Below, piece after piece: positions 41,309-51,851 of a DNA stretch of 64,000 nucleotides. The stretch spans positions 36,490 through 100,489 of the forward strand of contig JABJCP010000043.1 of NCBI GenBank assembly GCA_018668595.1, in the 5' to 3' direction. Numbering within the stretch: position 1 is the stretch's first letter; each line of letters begins with the position of its first letter. The DNA is from Candidatus Woesearchaeota archaeon. GTDB lineage: Archaea; Nanobdellota; Nanobdellia; Woesearchaeales; UBA11576. Position numbers and translations under genes: made by a program. A model generated the notes under the pieces. The model was given only the letters and a program-made list of their open reading frames with translations. It was not told where the DNA came from and made no database searches.

Positions 41309-42373
41309 TTAATTAATTTTTGATTTTAATTTTAATTTTGATTTTATTTTTTTTGATTTTAATTTAGCTTCTTTTTCTAAATCTTGTACTTGTACTGTTG
41401 TAACTGCACTAATATCGACTATTTCATTAACAGTACAACCTCTACTTAAATCATTTATGGGTTTTGATAAACCTTGTAATATTGGACCAATTGCTTCTGC
41501 ATGTGCAAGTCTCTCGACAAGTTTATATGCTATATTTCCTACAGATAAATAAGGAAAAATCAATACATTTGCTTTCCCGCCTAAATTTGAGCCAGGACAC
41601 TTTAGTTTACTAACACTTGGAACAATGGCGGAATCTACTTGAAGTTCTCCATCAATAATAATGTCTGGCCTCTTACGTTTAACTTTTTTTACAGCATCTT
41701 TTATTTTTCTCAAATCAGGATGATCTGCACTACCTTTTGTTGAAAATGATAACATTGCAATTTTTGGTTTAACTCCTAACTCTCTTGCAGTATGCCAACT
41801 ATCAATAGCAATTTCTGCAAGGACTGTTGAATCAGGGCTTATGTTAACTGCACAATCTGCAAACAAATACATTTTATCTTTTAGTTCCATCAAAAAAAGA
41901 CCACTAACTCTATGAAATCTTTTTTTTGTTTTAATTATTTGTAATGCTGGACGAATAGTTTCTGCAGTTGTGTGCGCAGCTCCACTTATCATTGCATCTG
42001 CATCATTTAATCTTACCATCATTGTTGCATAATACATAGGATCCTTAAGAAGATCTGCAGCTATTTTACGAGTTACTCCTTTTTTTCGTCTAATTTTACA
42101 TAATTCAGAAATATAATACTTAAAAGAAATTTGATTAGATTCTGCTAAATAATCTATAACATCGATTTTTTTTAATACATAAGCAAAATTCACTCCTACT
42201 TTTTTCATAGCAAATGTGATATTTTTCAATGATCCTAATAATATAGGTTTTGCATATCCTAACTTCACTATCTTCTCAATAGCACATAATGTACGTGGTT
42301 CTGTTGATTCAGGATATACAATGCGCTTAGGATTTTTATTTGCTTTTTTCTTGATTTTTTTTAGAAAATCCAA
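41309..42373 (-). CDS. pta: Phosphate acetyltransferase
   Basis: RIVYPE, FADCAVN, MLSFSTKGS, DGELQVD, GNIAYK, GPILQG..KPINDLSRGC; TTG start with AGGTGGAG. Confidence 0.96.
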   Translation of the reverse strand: MDFLKKIKKKANKNPKRIVYPESTEPRTLCAIEKIVKLGYAKPILLGSLKNITFAMKKVGVNFAYVLKKIDVIDYLAESNQISFKYYISELCKIRRKKGVTRKIAADLLKDPMYYATMMVRLNDADAMISGAAHTTAETIRPALQIIKTKKRFHRVSGLFLMELKDKMYLFADCAVNISPDSTVLAEIAIDSWHTARELGVKPKIAMLSFSTKGSADHPDLRKIKDAVKKVKRKRPDIIIDGELQVDSAIVPSVSKLKCPGSNLGGKANVLIFPYLSVGNIAYKLVERLAHAEAIGPILQGLSKPINDLSRGCTVNEIVDISAVTTVQVQDLEKEAKLKSKKIKSKLKLKSKIN

Positions 42374-42435
42374 TTCTCCACCTCTAGTAACATAATTTTA
42401 ATAAACATACAATGCACTAAATCCTTAGACTGTAA

Positions 42436-44454
42436 TTAGCCTGTAGCATGCTTTGCTTTTAATTCTTCTGCTTTTGCATGTTCCTCTGCTTTTTTTGCTT
42501 GCTCAGTAGCTTTTTGTGCTTTTTTCTCGAACTTTAAAACTTGATCTCCTTTTTTAATTTCTGCTTTTATTGTTGCTTGAAATGCTTTTTTGATTCTATG
42601 TATTACATTTTCTCGACTGTGTTTTGTATAACGAAGATCTTTAACTAAAACATTTAAGTGTTTTTTCACGTCTTCAATTCCTTTCTTTAGTTCTTCATAT
42701 GCTGCTTTTACTTTAAACTGAATAGTAATTGATTTTCGAGCTGCAATATTTGTTTCTTTCTCTTCAAGATTTTCTTCTTCAAATATTTTCATTAATTGTT
42801 TTCTTGACTGCGCATTTTGAGTAATTATTGCTCCTGTTTTTGTTATGTCTTTGTATGCTTCAGCCAAACTCGAATAAACTTTATTTAAATATTTTGCAGC
42901 TCTAGCGAGAAAAAATATCTTATTAACAACTCCTGCACTTTCAGTTATTATTGGTTGAATTTCTTTTTGATTAAAATTAACAGCTAATTCTAATATTTTA
43001 ATAACCTCATCAAGAATTAATGATGCGTCATCAGTCAATTGAACTAATATTGCGTCCGGTATCTCTTCTTTGAAATCCTTAAAGTTTTTACGATAAGTTT
43101 TATGTTGTTTAGTTAACTTCAAATCATGTTTTTTGAATTTGTGTTCAAATTTAGTGAACCTATCAGAAACAGCATCTAATTTTTTTTCTACATGAAAAAT
43201 ATCTTTTATTGATTTGTTATGTAATTTCCAAATGCGTTCTAATCTTTTAATTACTAAATCAAGTTTAGTTCTTATTTTTTCAAATTTTTTCTGTTCTTCT
43301 TTAAGTTGATTTATTCGACGATGAACTCCAGACATTTCAGAATTACTATCTTTAGAATGTGATTTGATTTTTTCGAGTTTTTTTTCTTCAGACTTTATCT
43401 CATTTTCTAATGATTCTACTTCTTGATTTGTAACTTTTTTGATATGTTCAAATTTACTTTTCCGTTCTTTTAGCATCCTACATTCTTTTGCAGCTTCGCC
43501 TACAATATCCATCACTTTCAAAATAATATCCATTGCTTTTTCCCTATACTTTTCAGCATATTCTCGATTAGAAATTAAAACATCAAAATCTTTTAACATT
43601 TGTTTTGCAAACTTCAAAAGGGGTTCACGCCTTTCATCATCTAATCCTTCTGGACCAACATGTTCTAATTGTTTTTCTATCCATTTTGCTTTTTGTCCAA
43701 GCACATTAAGAATTTTAATATCTCTTTCTTCTAAAGAAATTTCTCCTTTTTCTAATTGCTCTACAGTTTGACTTATTTTCTTTGCACCAGCAGCCATTGC
43801 TTCTTCGTGAGTTAATAATTCTAAATTTTCTGCTTCTCTTCTAGCAAGTAATCCTTTAAGCCGTTCTGCACCTTTAACCACTTTGTCTTTTGATTTTTCT
43901 TTGATTTTTCCAGCATGTTCAAAATACCTAATCAACTTTCTTGTGCGACGTGGTTTAAATCCTTCTTCTTTACTTAAATTACGCGCAGCATGTGAACCTA
44001 ATCGTTTTAGTTTATTTCTTCGCAACGCTACAAAATATAATCCTGCAAATCCTCCAACAGTAATTGCAAGAGTAACAAAATCAAATGAAACTAAAGAACA
44101 TAAAAACCAAATTACTAAAATTATAGGGAACACTCCTCGTTTAATTCCTCGTCGAATCTTACCAATAACAACAACTGAAAGTGCGACAATAGAAAACCAA
44201 GATAATACATAAAGATTTAAACCATAAAGTATGGCAAAACATAATATAGCAACTACTGTATATGCAGGTATTCCTTTTTTATCTTCTGTTTTTGCAGACA
44301 AAAATATCATCACAACACAAGCAATTACTATAGCCCATAAAATTGAAGAATTAATTAATCCTCCTTCACCAAGTTTTTCTAGTCCTTGCATTATTGAACC
44401 GCCAGGACCAAATATTCCTGCTACTGATCTTTGTAATTCGAGAGGTATTGCCAA
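42436..44454 (-). CDS. Membrane protein with N-terminal TM bundle and about 500-aa coiled coil
   Basis: Hydrophobic residues ~35-145, then K/E-rich heptads; AGGTG SD, TTG start. Confidence 0.75.
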   Translation of the reverse strand: MAIPLELQRSVAGIFGPGGSIMQGLEKLGEGGLINSSILWAIVIACVVMIFLSAKTEDKKGIPAYTVVAILCFAILYGLNLYVLSWFSIVALSVVVIGKIRRGIKRGVFPIILVIWFLCSLVSFDFVTLAITVGGFAGLYFVALRRNKLKRLGSHAARNLSKEEGFKPRRTRKLIRYFEHAGKIKEKSKDKVVKGAERLKGLLARREAENLELLTHEEAMAAGAKKISQTVEQLEKGEISLEERDIKILNVLGQKAKWIEKQLEHVGPEGLDDERREPLLKFAKQMLKDFDVLISNREYAEKYREKAMDIILKVMDIVGEAAKECRMLKERKSKFEHIKKVTNQEVESLENEIKSEEKKLEKIKSHSKDSNSEMSGVHRRINQLKEEQKKFEKIRTKLDLVIKRLERIWKLHNKSIKDIFHVEKKLDAVSDRFTKFEHKFKKHDLKLTKQHKTYRKNFKDFKEEIPDAILVQLTDDASLILDEVIKILELAVNFNQKEIQPIITESAGVVNKIFFLARAAKYLNKVYSSLAEAYKDITKTGAIITQNAQSRKQLMKIFEEENLEEKETNIAARKSITIQFKVKAAYEELKKGIEDVKKHLNVLVKDLRYTKHSRENVIHRIKKAFQATIKAEIKKGDQVLKFEKKAQKATEQAKKAEEHAKAEELKAKHATG

Positions 44455-44458
44455 TTTA

Positions 44459-44968
44459 TTAACACCTATATTTTAAATCTTTTTTTCTATTGATTTTTAA
44501 AAGTTTTATAAACTGCATAAACCAAGTTAATAATTTATTGAAAAATCGTTTTAATGCGAGATCTTTTTCTTTTTGAATACATACATACACTAATTTATGT
44601 AGCGCATCAATTGAATTTTTTAGACTAGAACTTGTTCCTGTAATAATTCCTTCTTTTATTAGGGGAATTTGTTTAGATAATATCCAATTTGTTTTTTTAT
44701 GTGCACTCCCTTGAATTGTATAACTAATTGGTTTTATTTTATTATGATCTCCATATTTTTTTTCACATTCTAATTCCAGTTTTAAATCATTGAACTTGGA
44801 TAACAAAAATCGTTTCATTATTTTTTTATTTATTTTGCTAGAATTTTTTGAATTCATAAGTTGCACATAATTTTCAATAGAATATAATAATTGTTTAGCC
44901 ATATCAATCTGATTAATTCCCACTACCTCTAACTTAGCCTCTATCTCTTTTTTAAGTTTCATACGCAT
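44459..44968 (-). CDS. Hypothetical basic protein
   Basis: ORF abutting the next gene (4-nt gap). Confidence 0.55.
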   Translation of the reverse strand: MRMKLKKEIEAKLEVVGINQIDMAKQLLYSIENYVQLMNSKNSSKINKKIMKRFLLSKFNDLKLELECEKKYGDHNKIKPISYTIQGSAHKKTNWILSKQIPLIKEGIITGTSSSLKNSIDALHKLVYVCIQKEKDLALKRFFNKLLTWFMQFIKLLKINRKKDLKYRC

Positions 44969-45228
44969 ATATAGATAAAATAAAATAAAATAGTATTTAA
45001 ATCATTCCTTCAAAATCAAAAAAATATCAAAAAGATCAAAAAAAAAAAAAAAAACAAAATTAATTAAAAAAAAAAACCTTATTACTACTTAGTAAAGAAC
45101 AAAGAGAATTTTATTATTACTACATTGTTACAGAAGTAAAAAAACGTAACATATATTAAGTAGTAGTTTTTTATACCTTTCTGTTAAGTAACAAATTTAA
45201 AAAATTAAAAAAGGGGGAGGTTACAAAT

Positions 45229-46032
45229 ATGATTGTGAAAGAAGAATTTCTTAGCAAATTAAGGAGATATTTCTCTTTGAATCTTTATGAGGTTAAAATT
45301 TGGACTGCTTTACTTTCACGAGGCGTTTCTACTGCTGGTGAACTTTCAGATATTGCAAATGTTCCAAGATCTAGATCTTATGATGTATTAGAAAGTCTTG
45401 AAAAAAAAGGATTTGCAGTAACAAAATTAGGAAAACCGATTAAATATATCGCGGTTGCGCCAGAAGAAGTTGTGGAGAGAGTAAAAAAGAATATGAGGCT
45501 CCATGCTGATGAAAAAGTTAAACGGCTTGATAATTTAAAAGGTACAGATGTTCTAGGTGAACTTAATACACTACACACACAGGGTATTGAATTAGTTGAA
45601 CCTTCTGACCTTAGTGGTAGTCTTAAAGGACGCCATAATCTGTATAACCATTTAGAATTAACAGTACGTAATGCTGAAAAAAGTGTTACTATTATGACCA
45701 CAAGTGAAGGTTTCTTAAGAAAAATGGAAGGTTTAAAACCTGTTTTTGAGAAAATCAAAAAAAGAGGAGTAAGTGTTAGAATCGCAGCACCTGTAAGTAA
45801 GGAAGCTACAAAAGTTGCAAAAAGTATGAGCGGAGTTGCAGAAGTTAGACACACAAATCACAATGGAAGATTCTGTGTTGTCGACGGAAAAGAAGTAGTT
45901 TTCATGGTTATGGACGACAAAGAAGTTCATCCTACATACGACGTGGGAATTTGGGTTAACACACCATTCTTTGCAAGCGCTTTAGAAAATCTTTTTGATC
46001 TTTCATGGAAAGGTATGAAACCAGTCAAGTAA
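45229..46032 (+). CDS. TrmB family regulator / TrmBL2-like chromatin protein (paralog A)
   Basis: LNLYEVKIWTALL, VPRSRSYDVLESLEKKG, KPIKY, PLD-like C-domain. Confidence 0.92.
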   Translation: MIVKEEFLSKLRRYFSLNLYEVKIWTALLSRGVSTAGELSDIANVPRSRSYDVLESLEKKGFAVTKLGKPIKYIAVAPEEVVERVKKNMRLHADEKVKRLDNLKGTDVLGELNTLHTQGIELVEPSDLSGSLKGRHNLYNHLELTVRNAEKSVTIMTTSEGFLRKMEGLKPVFEKIKKRGVSVRIAAPVSKEATKVAKSMSGVAEVRHTNHNGRFCVVDGKEVVFMVMDDKEVHPTYDVGIWVNTPFFASALENLFDLSWKGMKPVK

Positions 46033-46166
46033 TTAAATCATAAAAAACTGGTTATTTTTTTCTTCTTTTTTTTATATTATTTAAAACAAATACACCATAA
46101 CTTATTTAAATGAACATATAAATCTATATTTGATATAAAACATAACCATATAACCGCCTACTAAAA

Positions 46167-47705
46167 ATGGACACTAATAATTTAATCGATTCTTTGCATC
46201 CTTTAGAAATTAAAGTAATTCCATTTTTAAAAGAAAATAAAACTCTTAAAACTCTCGTAAATGCTTCAGGTTTATCTGAAGTTGAAGTAATGCGAACTCT
46301 TCAATGGTTAAGTAACAAATCTGTTCTAAATATAACCGCTGATTCAAAAAAGTTTATTGAATTAGATGAAAATGGAAAAACCTATTTAGAACAAGGTCTT
46401 CCTGAAAAAAGGTTTCTTATTACAATCAAAGACTCTCCTCTTAACATGAATGACTTAATTGAAAAGTCTGGTTTGAACAGAGAAGAATTTAATGTTTGCA
46501 TAGGCCTTTTAAGAAAATCAGGGTCTATAATTATTGAAAATCAAATTTTCAGAATTACAGAATTGGGTAATAAATTTTTAGAAAAAGAAAGTTTAGATGA
46601 ACTTTTTTTAAAAAAGATTTCAGAAAACCATATAATCACAGAAGATTTAGCTCCTGAAGAAAAATTTGCATTTGATAATTTTTCTAAGAGAAAAAATATT
46701 ATTAAAATTGTTGAAGAAAAAACAAAAACTATTGAGTTAACAGATATTGGAAATCAATTAGTAAATACCAACATTATTTCAAAAACAGAAAAAAGAATTG
46801 ATCGTCTCACTCCTGAAATGCTTAAGAATGGAGATTGGAAAAATAAAGTCTTTCGACGCTATGATGTAAAAATTAATGTTCCTAAAATTTATAGGGGTAA
46901 ACGACATTTTGTTAATCAAGCATTAGATTATGCTAAACGTGTTTGGTTAGAAATGGGTTTTAAAGAAATGAAAGGCCCTATGCTACAATCTTCTTTTTGG
47001 AATTTTGACGCGTTATTTACTGCACAAGATCATCCAGTAAGAGAATTACAAGATACTTTTTTCATCAAAGAACCAAAAATTAGCAAAGAACCTCCTCAGG
47101 AAATTGCAAAAAGAGTTAAAGATGTTCATGAATTTGGCGGAGATCTTAATTCGCTTGGTTGGCAATACAAATGGAATCCAAAAGCAGCATTGCAAAATGT
47201 TTTACGAACACATACAACAGTTTTATCTGCTAAAACTCTAGCGAAATTAAAAAAAGGAGATCTTCCTGCAAAGTTTTTTGCAGTTGGTAAATGTTTTAGA
47301 AATGAAACTCTTGATTTTAGTCATTTATTTGAATTTAATCAAACAGAAGGAATTGTTATTGATCCGAATGCTAACTTTAAACATTTATTAGGATATCTAA
47401 AAGCTTTCGCAAAAAAAATGGGTTACGAAAAAATCAGATTCCGCCCTGCTTATTTTCCTTATACAGAACCTAGTGTTGAAGGAGATGTTTATGATCCTGT
47501 AAGAAAAAAATGGATTGAAATTATTGCAGCAGGTATTTTTAGACCTGAAGTTGTGAAACCGTTACTAGGCGTAGATATTCCTGTTCTTGCATGGGGTCCT
47601 GGAATTGATAGAATGATTACTGGCGCATATAATATTAAAGATATTCGTGAACTTTACAAAAATGACCTTAAGCAAATTCGTGATATGAAGGAGTGGATGC
47701 ATTAA
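46167..47705 (+). CDS. pheS: Phenylalanyl-tRNA synthetase alpha
   Basis: WNFDALF, HPVRELQDTF, LRTHTT, FRNE, YFPYTEPS, GIFRPEV. Confidence 0.97.
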   Translation: MDTNNLIDSLHPLEIKVIPFLKENKTLKTLVNASGLSEVEVMRTLQWLSNKSVLNITADSKKFIELDENGKTYLEQGLPEKRFLITIKDSPLNMNDLIEKSGLNREEFNVCIGLLRKSGSIIIENQIFRITELGNKFLEKESLDELFLKKISENHIITEDLAPEEKFAFDNFSKRKNIIKIVEEKTKTIELTDIGNQLVNTNIISKTEKRIDRLTPEMLKNGDWKNKVFRRYDVKINVPKIYRGKRHFVNQALDYAKRVWLEMGFKEMKGPMLQSSFWNFDALFTAQDHPVRELQDTFFIKEPKISKEPPQEIAKRVKDVHEFGGDLNSLGWQYKWNPKAALQNVLRTHTTVLSAKTLAKLKKGDLPAKFFAVGKCFRNETLDFSHLFEFNQTEGIVIDPNANFKHLLGYLKAFAKKMGYEKIRFRPAYFPYTEPSVEGDVYDPVRKKWIEIIAAGIFRPEVVKPLLGVDIPVLAWGPGIDRMITGAYNIKDIRELYKNDLKQIRDMKEWMH

Positions 47706-49450
47706 TGCCTACAATCAATGTTAATAGAAAAGTTTTTGAAAAATTAGTAGGTAAGACTCTTCCTGAAAATGAATTAAAGGAACGTATTAGTATGCTTGGA
47801 ACTGATCTTGAAAGTGTAGACGAAAATGAAATCCAAGTAGAAATTTTTCCTAATCGTCCTGATATGCTTTCAGAACAGGGTTTTGCAAGAGCATTTTCTA
47901 GTTTTATTGGTGTGAAAACAGGTTTAAGAAATTATGAAGTTAAACAAAGTGGTGAAAAAGTAATTATTGATTCTTCTGTTAATCAAATTAGACCATTTAC
48001 AGTTTGTGCTATTGTTAAAAATTTAAAGTTTGATGATGAAAAAATTAGAGAGATTATTCAAATTCAAGAAAAATTACATGTAACATTTTGTAGGAATAGA
48101 AAAAAAGGAGCTATTGGAATTTATCCTATGGAAAAAATCAAAATGCCAATTAAATACATGGCAAAAAATCCTAATGAAATAAAATTTATCCCACTAGAAT
48201 TCAATAGAGAAATGACAGGATTACAAGTTCTTTCACAGCACCCTACTGGACGAGAATATGGGCATCTGTTAGAAGGTTTAGAGAAATTTCCTGTATTTAT
48301 TGACGCTGATGAAAATGTTCTTTCAATACCTCCTATTATTAATTCTCATATGACAGGTAAGATTAATGAAGAAACTACTAATGTTTTTATTGAATGTAGT
48401 GGTTTTGAATTTCATACTTTATCCATTTGTTTAAACATTATTGTTACTGCATTAGCAGATATGGGTGGCGAAGTGTTTAGTATGGATTTAGAATATCCTG
48501 ATGGAAAAAAAGTTACTCCTAATTTATCTCCAAGAAAAATGGAGTTTGACTTAGCTTATTGCAATAAAATTCTAGGTCTTGATCTAAATTTGAATGAAGC
48601 GATTAAACTATTAGAAAAAATGGGTTATGGATTTGAAAATCCAAATACTGTTTTAATTCCAGCGTATAGAGCAGATGTTCTTCACATAATAGATCCAATA
48701 GAAGATATTGCAATAGCATTTGGTTATGAAAATTTCCAAGAAGAAATTCCTAATGTTTCAACAGTTGGTCATGAAGATGAATTAGAAATTTTTAAAAGAA
48801 AGGTTTCTCAAATTTTAATTGGACTAGGATTATTAGAAATTAACACATATCATTTATCCAACAATGAAGAACAAAATCAAAAAATGGGTTTTGAAACAGA
48901 TGACCTAAATATTGAACAAAATAAAGAAGAAAATAATGAAGAACCAAAAAAGTCTCGAATTAAAGTTGTTGAATTAACTAATGCATTAACTCAAGATTAT
49001 TCTATTTTAAGAGCTTGGATGCTTCCATCTTCATTAAACGTTTTAAGTAATAATAAAACTTGTGATTATCCTCAACATATTTTTGAAATTGGAAATGTAT
49101 TTAATCATTCGAACACAACAGAAACTTTTGTTAAGGAACATGATTCATTATCTATTTGTCTTTGTGGTCCCGATGTTGACTTTACTAAAATTAAACAGAT
49201 TCTAGATACATTAATGAGAGCATTAGATACAAATTATGAAACTGATCCTACAAACCACAATTCATTTATTCCGGGAAGAGTTGCAAATATTATTCAAAGT
49301 TCTGATCCAAAACATAATGAACATAAACAACAAATAGGATTTATTGGTGAGCTGTCTCCACAAGTTTTGGAAAATTGGGAATTAAATATGCCTGTTGCTT
49401 GTTTTGAATTAAATATTTCTCAACTTTTTAAATTATTAAACAATATTTAA
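47705..49450 (+). CDS. pheT: Phenylalanyl-tRNA synthetase beta
   Basis: MPTI start overlapping the pheS stop (TAATG); PNRPDMLS, QEKLH, PPIINS, YRADVLH..D.IEDIAIAFGY. Confidence 0.97.
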   Translation: MPTINVNRKVFEKLVGKTLPENELKERISMLGTDLESVDENEIQVEIFPNRPDMLSEQGFARAFSSFIGVKTGLRNYEVKQSGEKVIIDSSVNQIRPFTVCAIVKNLKFDDEKIREIIQIQEKLHVTFCRNRKKGAIGIYPMEKIKMPIKYMAKNPNEIKFIPLEFNREMTGLQVLSQHPTGREYGHLLEGLEKFPVFIDADENVLSIPPIINSHMTGKINEETTNVFIECSGFEFHTLSICLNIIVTALADMGGEVFSMDLEYPDGKKVTPNLSPRKMEFDLAYCNKILGLDLNLNEAIKLLEKMGYGFENPNTVLIPAYRADVLHIIDPIEDIAIAFGYENFQEEIPNVSTVGHEDELEIFKRKVSQILIGLGLLEINTYHLSNNEEQNQKMGFETDDLNIEQNKEENNEEPKKSRIKVVELTNALTQDYSILRAWMLPSSLNVLSNNKTCDYPQHIFEIGNVFNHSNTTETFVKEHDSLSICLCGPDVDFTKIKQILDTLMRALDTNYETDPTNHNSFIPGRVANIIQSSDPKHNEHKQQIGFIGELSPQVLENWELNMPVACFELNISQLFKLLNNI

Positions 49451-49585
49451 ACAACACTTGATTCTGTCACAATTTGGGGACATATACTCTATTTTATCGC
49501 GTATAATAAAGAAACTTTTTTAAAAGATTATTAATTTTGGTATGTAAGAGGTGTAAAAAATTAATGTTATGATGAGGTTTTTAAT

Positions 49586-50518
49586 ATGTCTTCAAAAAGA
49601 TTTGATCACCACAAAAAACTTTCGTTAAAAGGTACTCATTCACACCATCACCAACGTCCAAAAAAACACGAATTTCTATTAGATGAATTCTTAGATCATC
49701 ATGTTAGTATGCGCGTTATTTTAAAGATTTTAGTTTATTTACTCATTATTCTTGTTGTTATAGGCGGTAGTTTTTGGTTAGGTAGAATCAGTATTGCGCA
49801 CAACCAAGAGTCTCCAACAGTAGTAGACGAATCAGAAACTAAAAACAATATTGATACAACAACTATTGAAAAAACATCTGCTTTGAATTCTAATGAAACC
49901 TCAAAAAATACTACTACGACTGAAACCAATACAGATTTGAATAAAACTGTTGAAGTTACAATCAGTACTGCAGATAATAATCAAAACACTGAAAATAAAT
50001 CTCAACTTTTAATTAATGAAACAATCAGCATAAATCAAACTCAAACTAATTTAACATCATTAACATCATCTAACGAAACAGATAATAACATAGATTCTAA
50101 TGCTACAATTACAATAGATACTGCAAAATACGACGAGAACGGAAAATTCTTAGCTCATGATTATGAAAATGTTTTAGTAAACATTGGTGAAGTTTCTTTT
50201 AAAAAACGAGGGGATACGTGGGGTAGTTTTGAAGAAGCAGAAATTACATTTACAAATGGAGAATCTTTTGCTATTTATCCTCAAACTGTTAAAGTGAAAG
50301 TTTATGATTCTGGAGATTCACCTCCTAAATGGTTTGATGATGAAACTGATATTTCTGAGATGAATATTCAAATTAGCAGTGGAACAGTCAAATCTGTTAC
50401 AGTCCCTATTCATGCTTCGACTAGCGGATTAGAAGAATCAAAAAAAGTATCTATTTATTTTGTTGATTTGTATGATGAAACTATTGGATATGCAACAAAA
50501 ACAATGGATGTTGAATGA
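49586..50518 (+). CDS. Single-pass membrane protein: His-rich N-terminus, N/T-rich stalk, beta-rich C-domain
   Basis: HSHHHQ; TM helix; multiple NxS/T sequons (NETS, NTTT, NKTV, NQTQ, NLTS, NATI). Confidence 0.75.
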   Translation: MSSKRFDHHKKLSLKGTHSHHHQRPKKHEFLLDEFLDHHVSMRVILKILVYLLIILVVIGGSFWLGRISIAHNQESPTVVDESETKNNIDTTTIEKTSALNSNETSKNTTTTETNTDLNKTVEVTISTADNNQNTENKSQLLINETISINQTQTNLTSLTSSNETDNNIDSNATITIDTAKYDENGKFLAHDYENVLVNIGEVSFKKRGDTWGSFEEAEITFTNGESFAIYPQTVKVKVYDSGDSPPKWFDDETDISEMNIQISSGTVKSVTVPIHASTSGLEESKKVSIYFVDLYDETIGYATKTMDVE

Positions 50519-50581
50519 TATTAAATAAATTTAAATTATGAATAATTAAAAAATGAAATTAAATTTTATTAGAAATTGATT

Positions 50582-51106
50582 TTATTTTTTCTTTGTTTTT
50601 TTAGGAGGATTTAATTCTTTATCTAATTCTTTGATTTCTTCTTCTATTTTTTTGATATTCTCATCATTATCTTGTTGTTCCATTAATTCTCCACACTCAG
50701 GACATTTAAAACCAAAATTCATGCTGGTTTCAAAATCGAGTCTCATACAAGAGCTATTACAAATAAAAAAATTACTTTCTTTTTCTCTTACAAGCCTATC
50801 ACTAAGACGTTCAATTCTTTTTTTCTTCAAAGTTACTGCTAAATGTTTAATTTGTTTTGTTCTAAATGTCCAATAATAAATATACCATCCTTTTTTCTTA
50901 TCTTTTCTACGTGTAAAAGAAACAAGATTTGCATGGTATAGTCTATATAACATGTTTCTAACAAAATTCACTTCAAGTTCTAGTGCTTCTGCAAGTTTAA
51001 ACTCACTAACATTTTTTTTATTTTTAATTAGTTTAATTAATGGAAGAACATCTTCACCTGCAACTTCAACAACAACGTCTTCTATTAGCTTATTTGAAAG
51101 TTTCAT
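50582..51106 (-). CDS. tfe: Transcription factor E (TFIIE alpha)
   Basis: wHTH, VRNMLYRL, GWYIYYW, Zn ribbon C..C / FKCPECG. Confidence 0.93.
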   Translation of the reverse strand: MKLSNKLIEDVVVEVAGEDVLPLIKLIKNKKNVSEFKLAEALELEVNFVRNMLYRLYHANLVSFTRRKDKKKGWYIYYWTFRTKQIKHLAVTLKKKRIERLSDRLVREKESNFFICNSSCMRLDFETSMNFGFKCPECGELMEQQDNDENIKKIEEEIKELDKELNPPKKTKKK

Positions 51107-51554
51107 TCATTAAATCCTCTTAACATTTATTAAATCATATTGAAATTAAATATTTAATTAGTATTACCTTGAGTGCGATATAAGGTCTTATTTAAATATA
51201 TCTTTTAAAAGTCAATATCTACTTGATTTGTTACATTTTAAAGAAATATGTGCCAAAACAACTGTTTTAACAACATATTACCCCTATTAGTAATATATAT
51301 CTTAAATTTAATTTAAGTAGTTAGTAATATATATCATCTTGAATTTAAGATAGTAAGATTTAAAAGTTTTTTGGTAATCTTTATTTATGGATTCCAAGAA
51401 TTAATTAAAATGTAATTGAAATGAGTCTAGAAAGTAAATAGACAATATCAAATATATTATATTAAAAAATAGTAATTTAAAGGTTTAGTAAATATTTGCA
51501 AAGATTTATAAACAACCCGTTTTTCATCTCAAAAAGCAAATAGGAGTGATTTAA

Positions 51555-51851
51555 ATGGTAAAAGAACAAAGATCCAGAACATTAAGAAGAGTAAAAGTAA
51601 AGACTCCAGGAGGGAGCGTTACTACTCAATATCGTAAAAGAAAACCTAGTAAGGCAAAGTGTCATAATTGTGGAGAGTTACTCAAAGGAGTACCTCGAGA
51701 AAGGCCTTATAAAATGCAAACCATGGCTAAAACAAGTAAAAGACCTGAAAGACCTTATGGTGGTCAGCTATGCTCAAAATGTAGCAGAAGAATGATGATT
51801 TTAAAATCAAGAAGTCTGAGTGAGGCAAAAGAAAATGATGGAAGTAGGTAG
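51555..51851 (+). CDS. rpl34e: 50S ribosomal protein L34e
   Basis: KTPGG, CHNCG..LKGVP, RPERPYGGQLCSKC. Confidence 0.96.
   Translation: MVKEQRSRTLRRVKVKTPGGSVTTQYRKRKPSKAKCHNCGELLKGVPRERPYKMQTMAKTSKRPERPYGGQLCSKCSRRMMILKSRSLSEAKENDGSR

Noticed and set aside
45378-45854. 158-aa antisense ORF, and other shadow ORFs inside real genes (e.g. 9800-10171, 26607-26963, 40081-40476, 61851-62610)
   Set aside because: Overlap well-supported genes and carry no motifs; expected from codon bias.
51107-51554. Possible RNA gene between tfe and rpl34e
   Set aside because: Only a 5-bp stem (ACCTT/AAGGT); no tRNA, SRP or RNase P features; very AT-rich.
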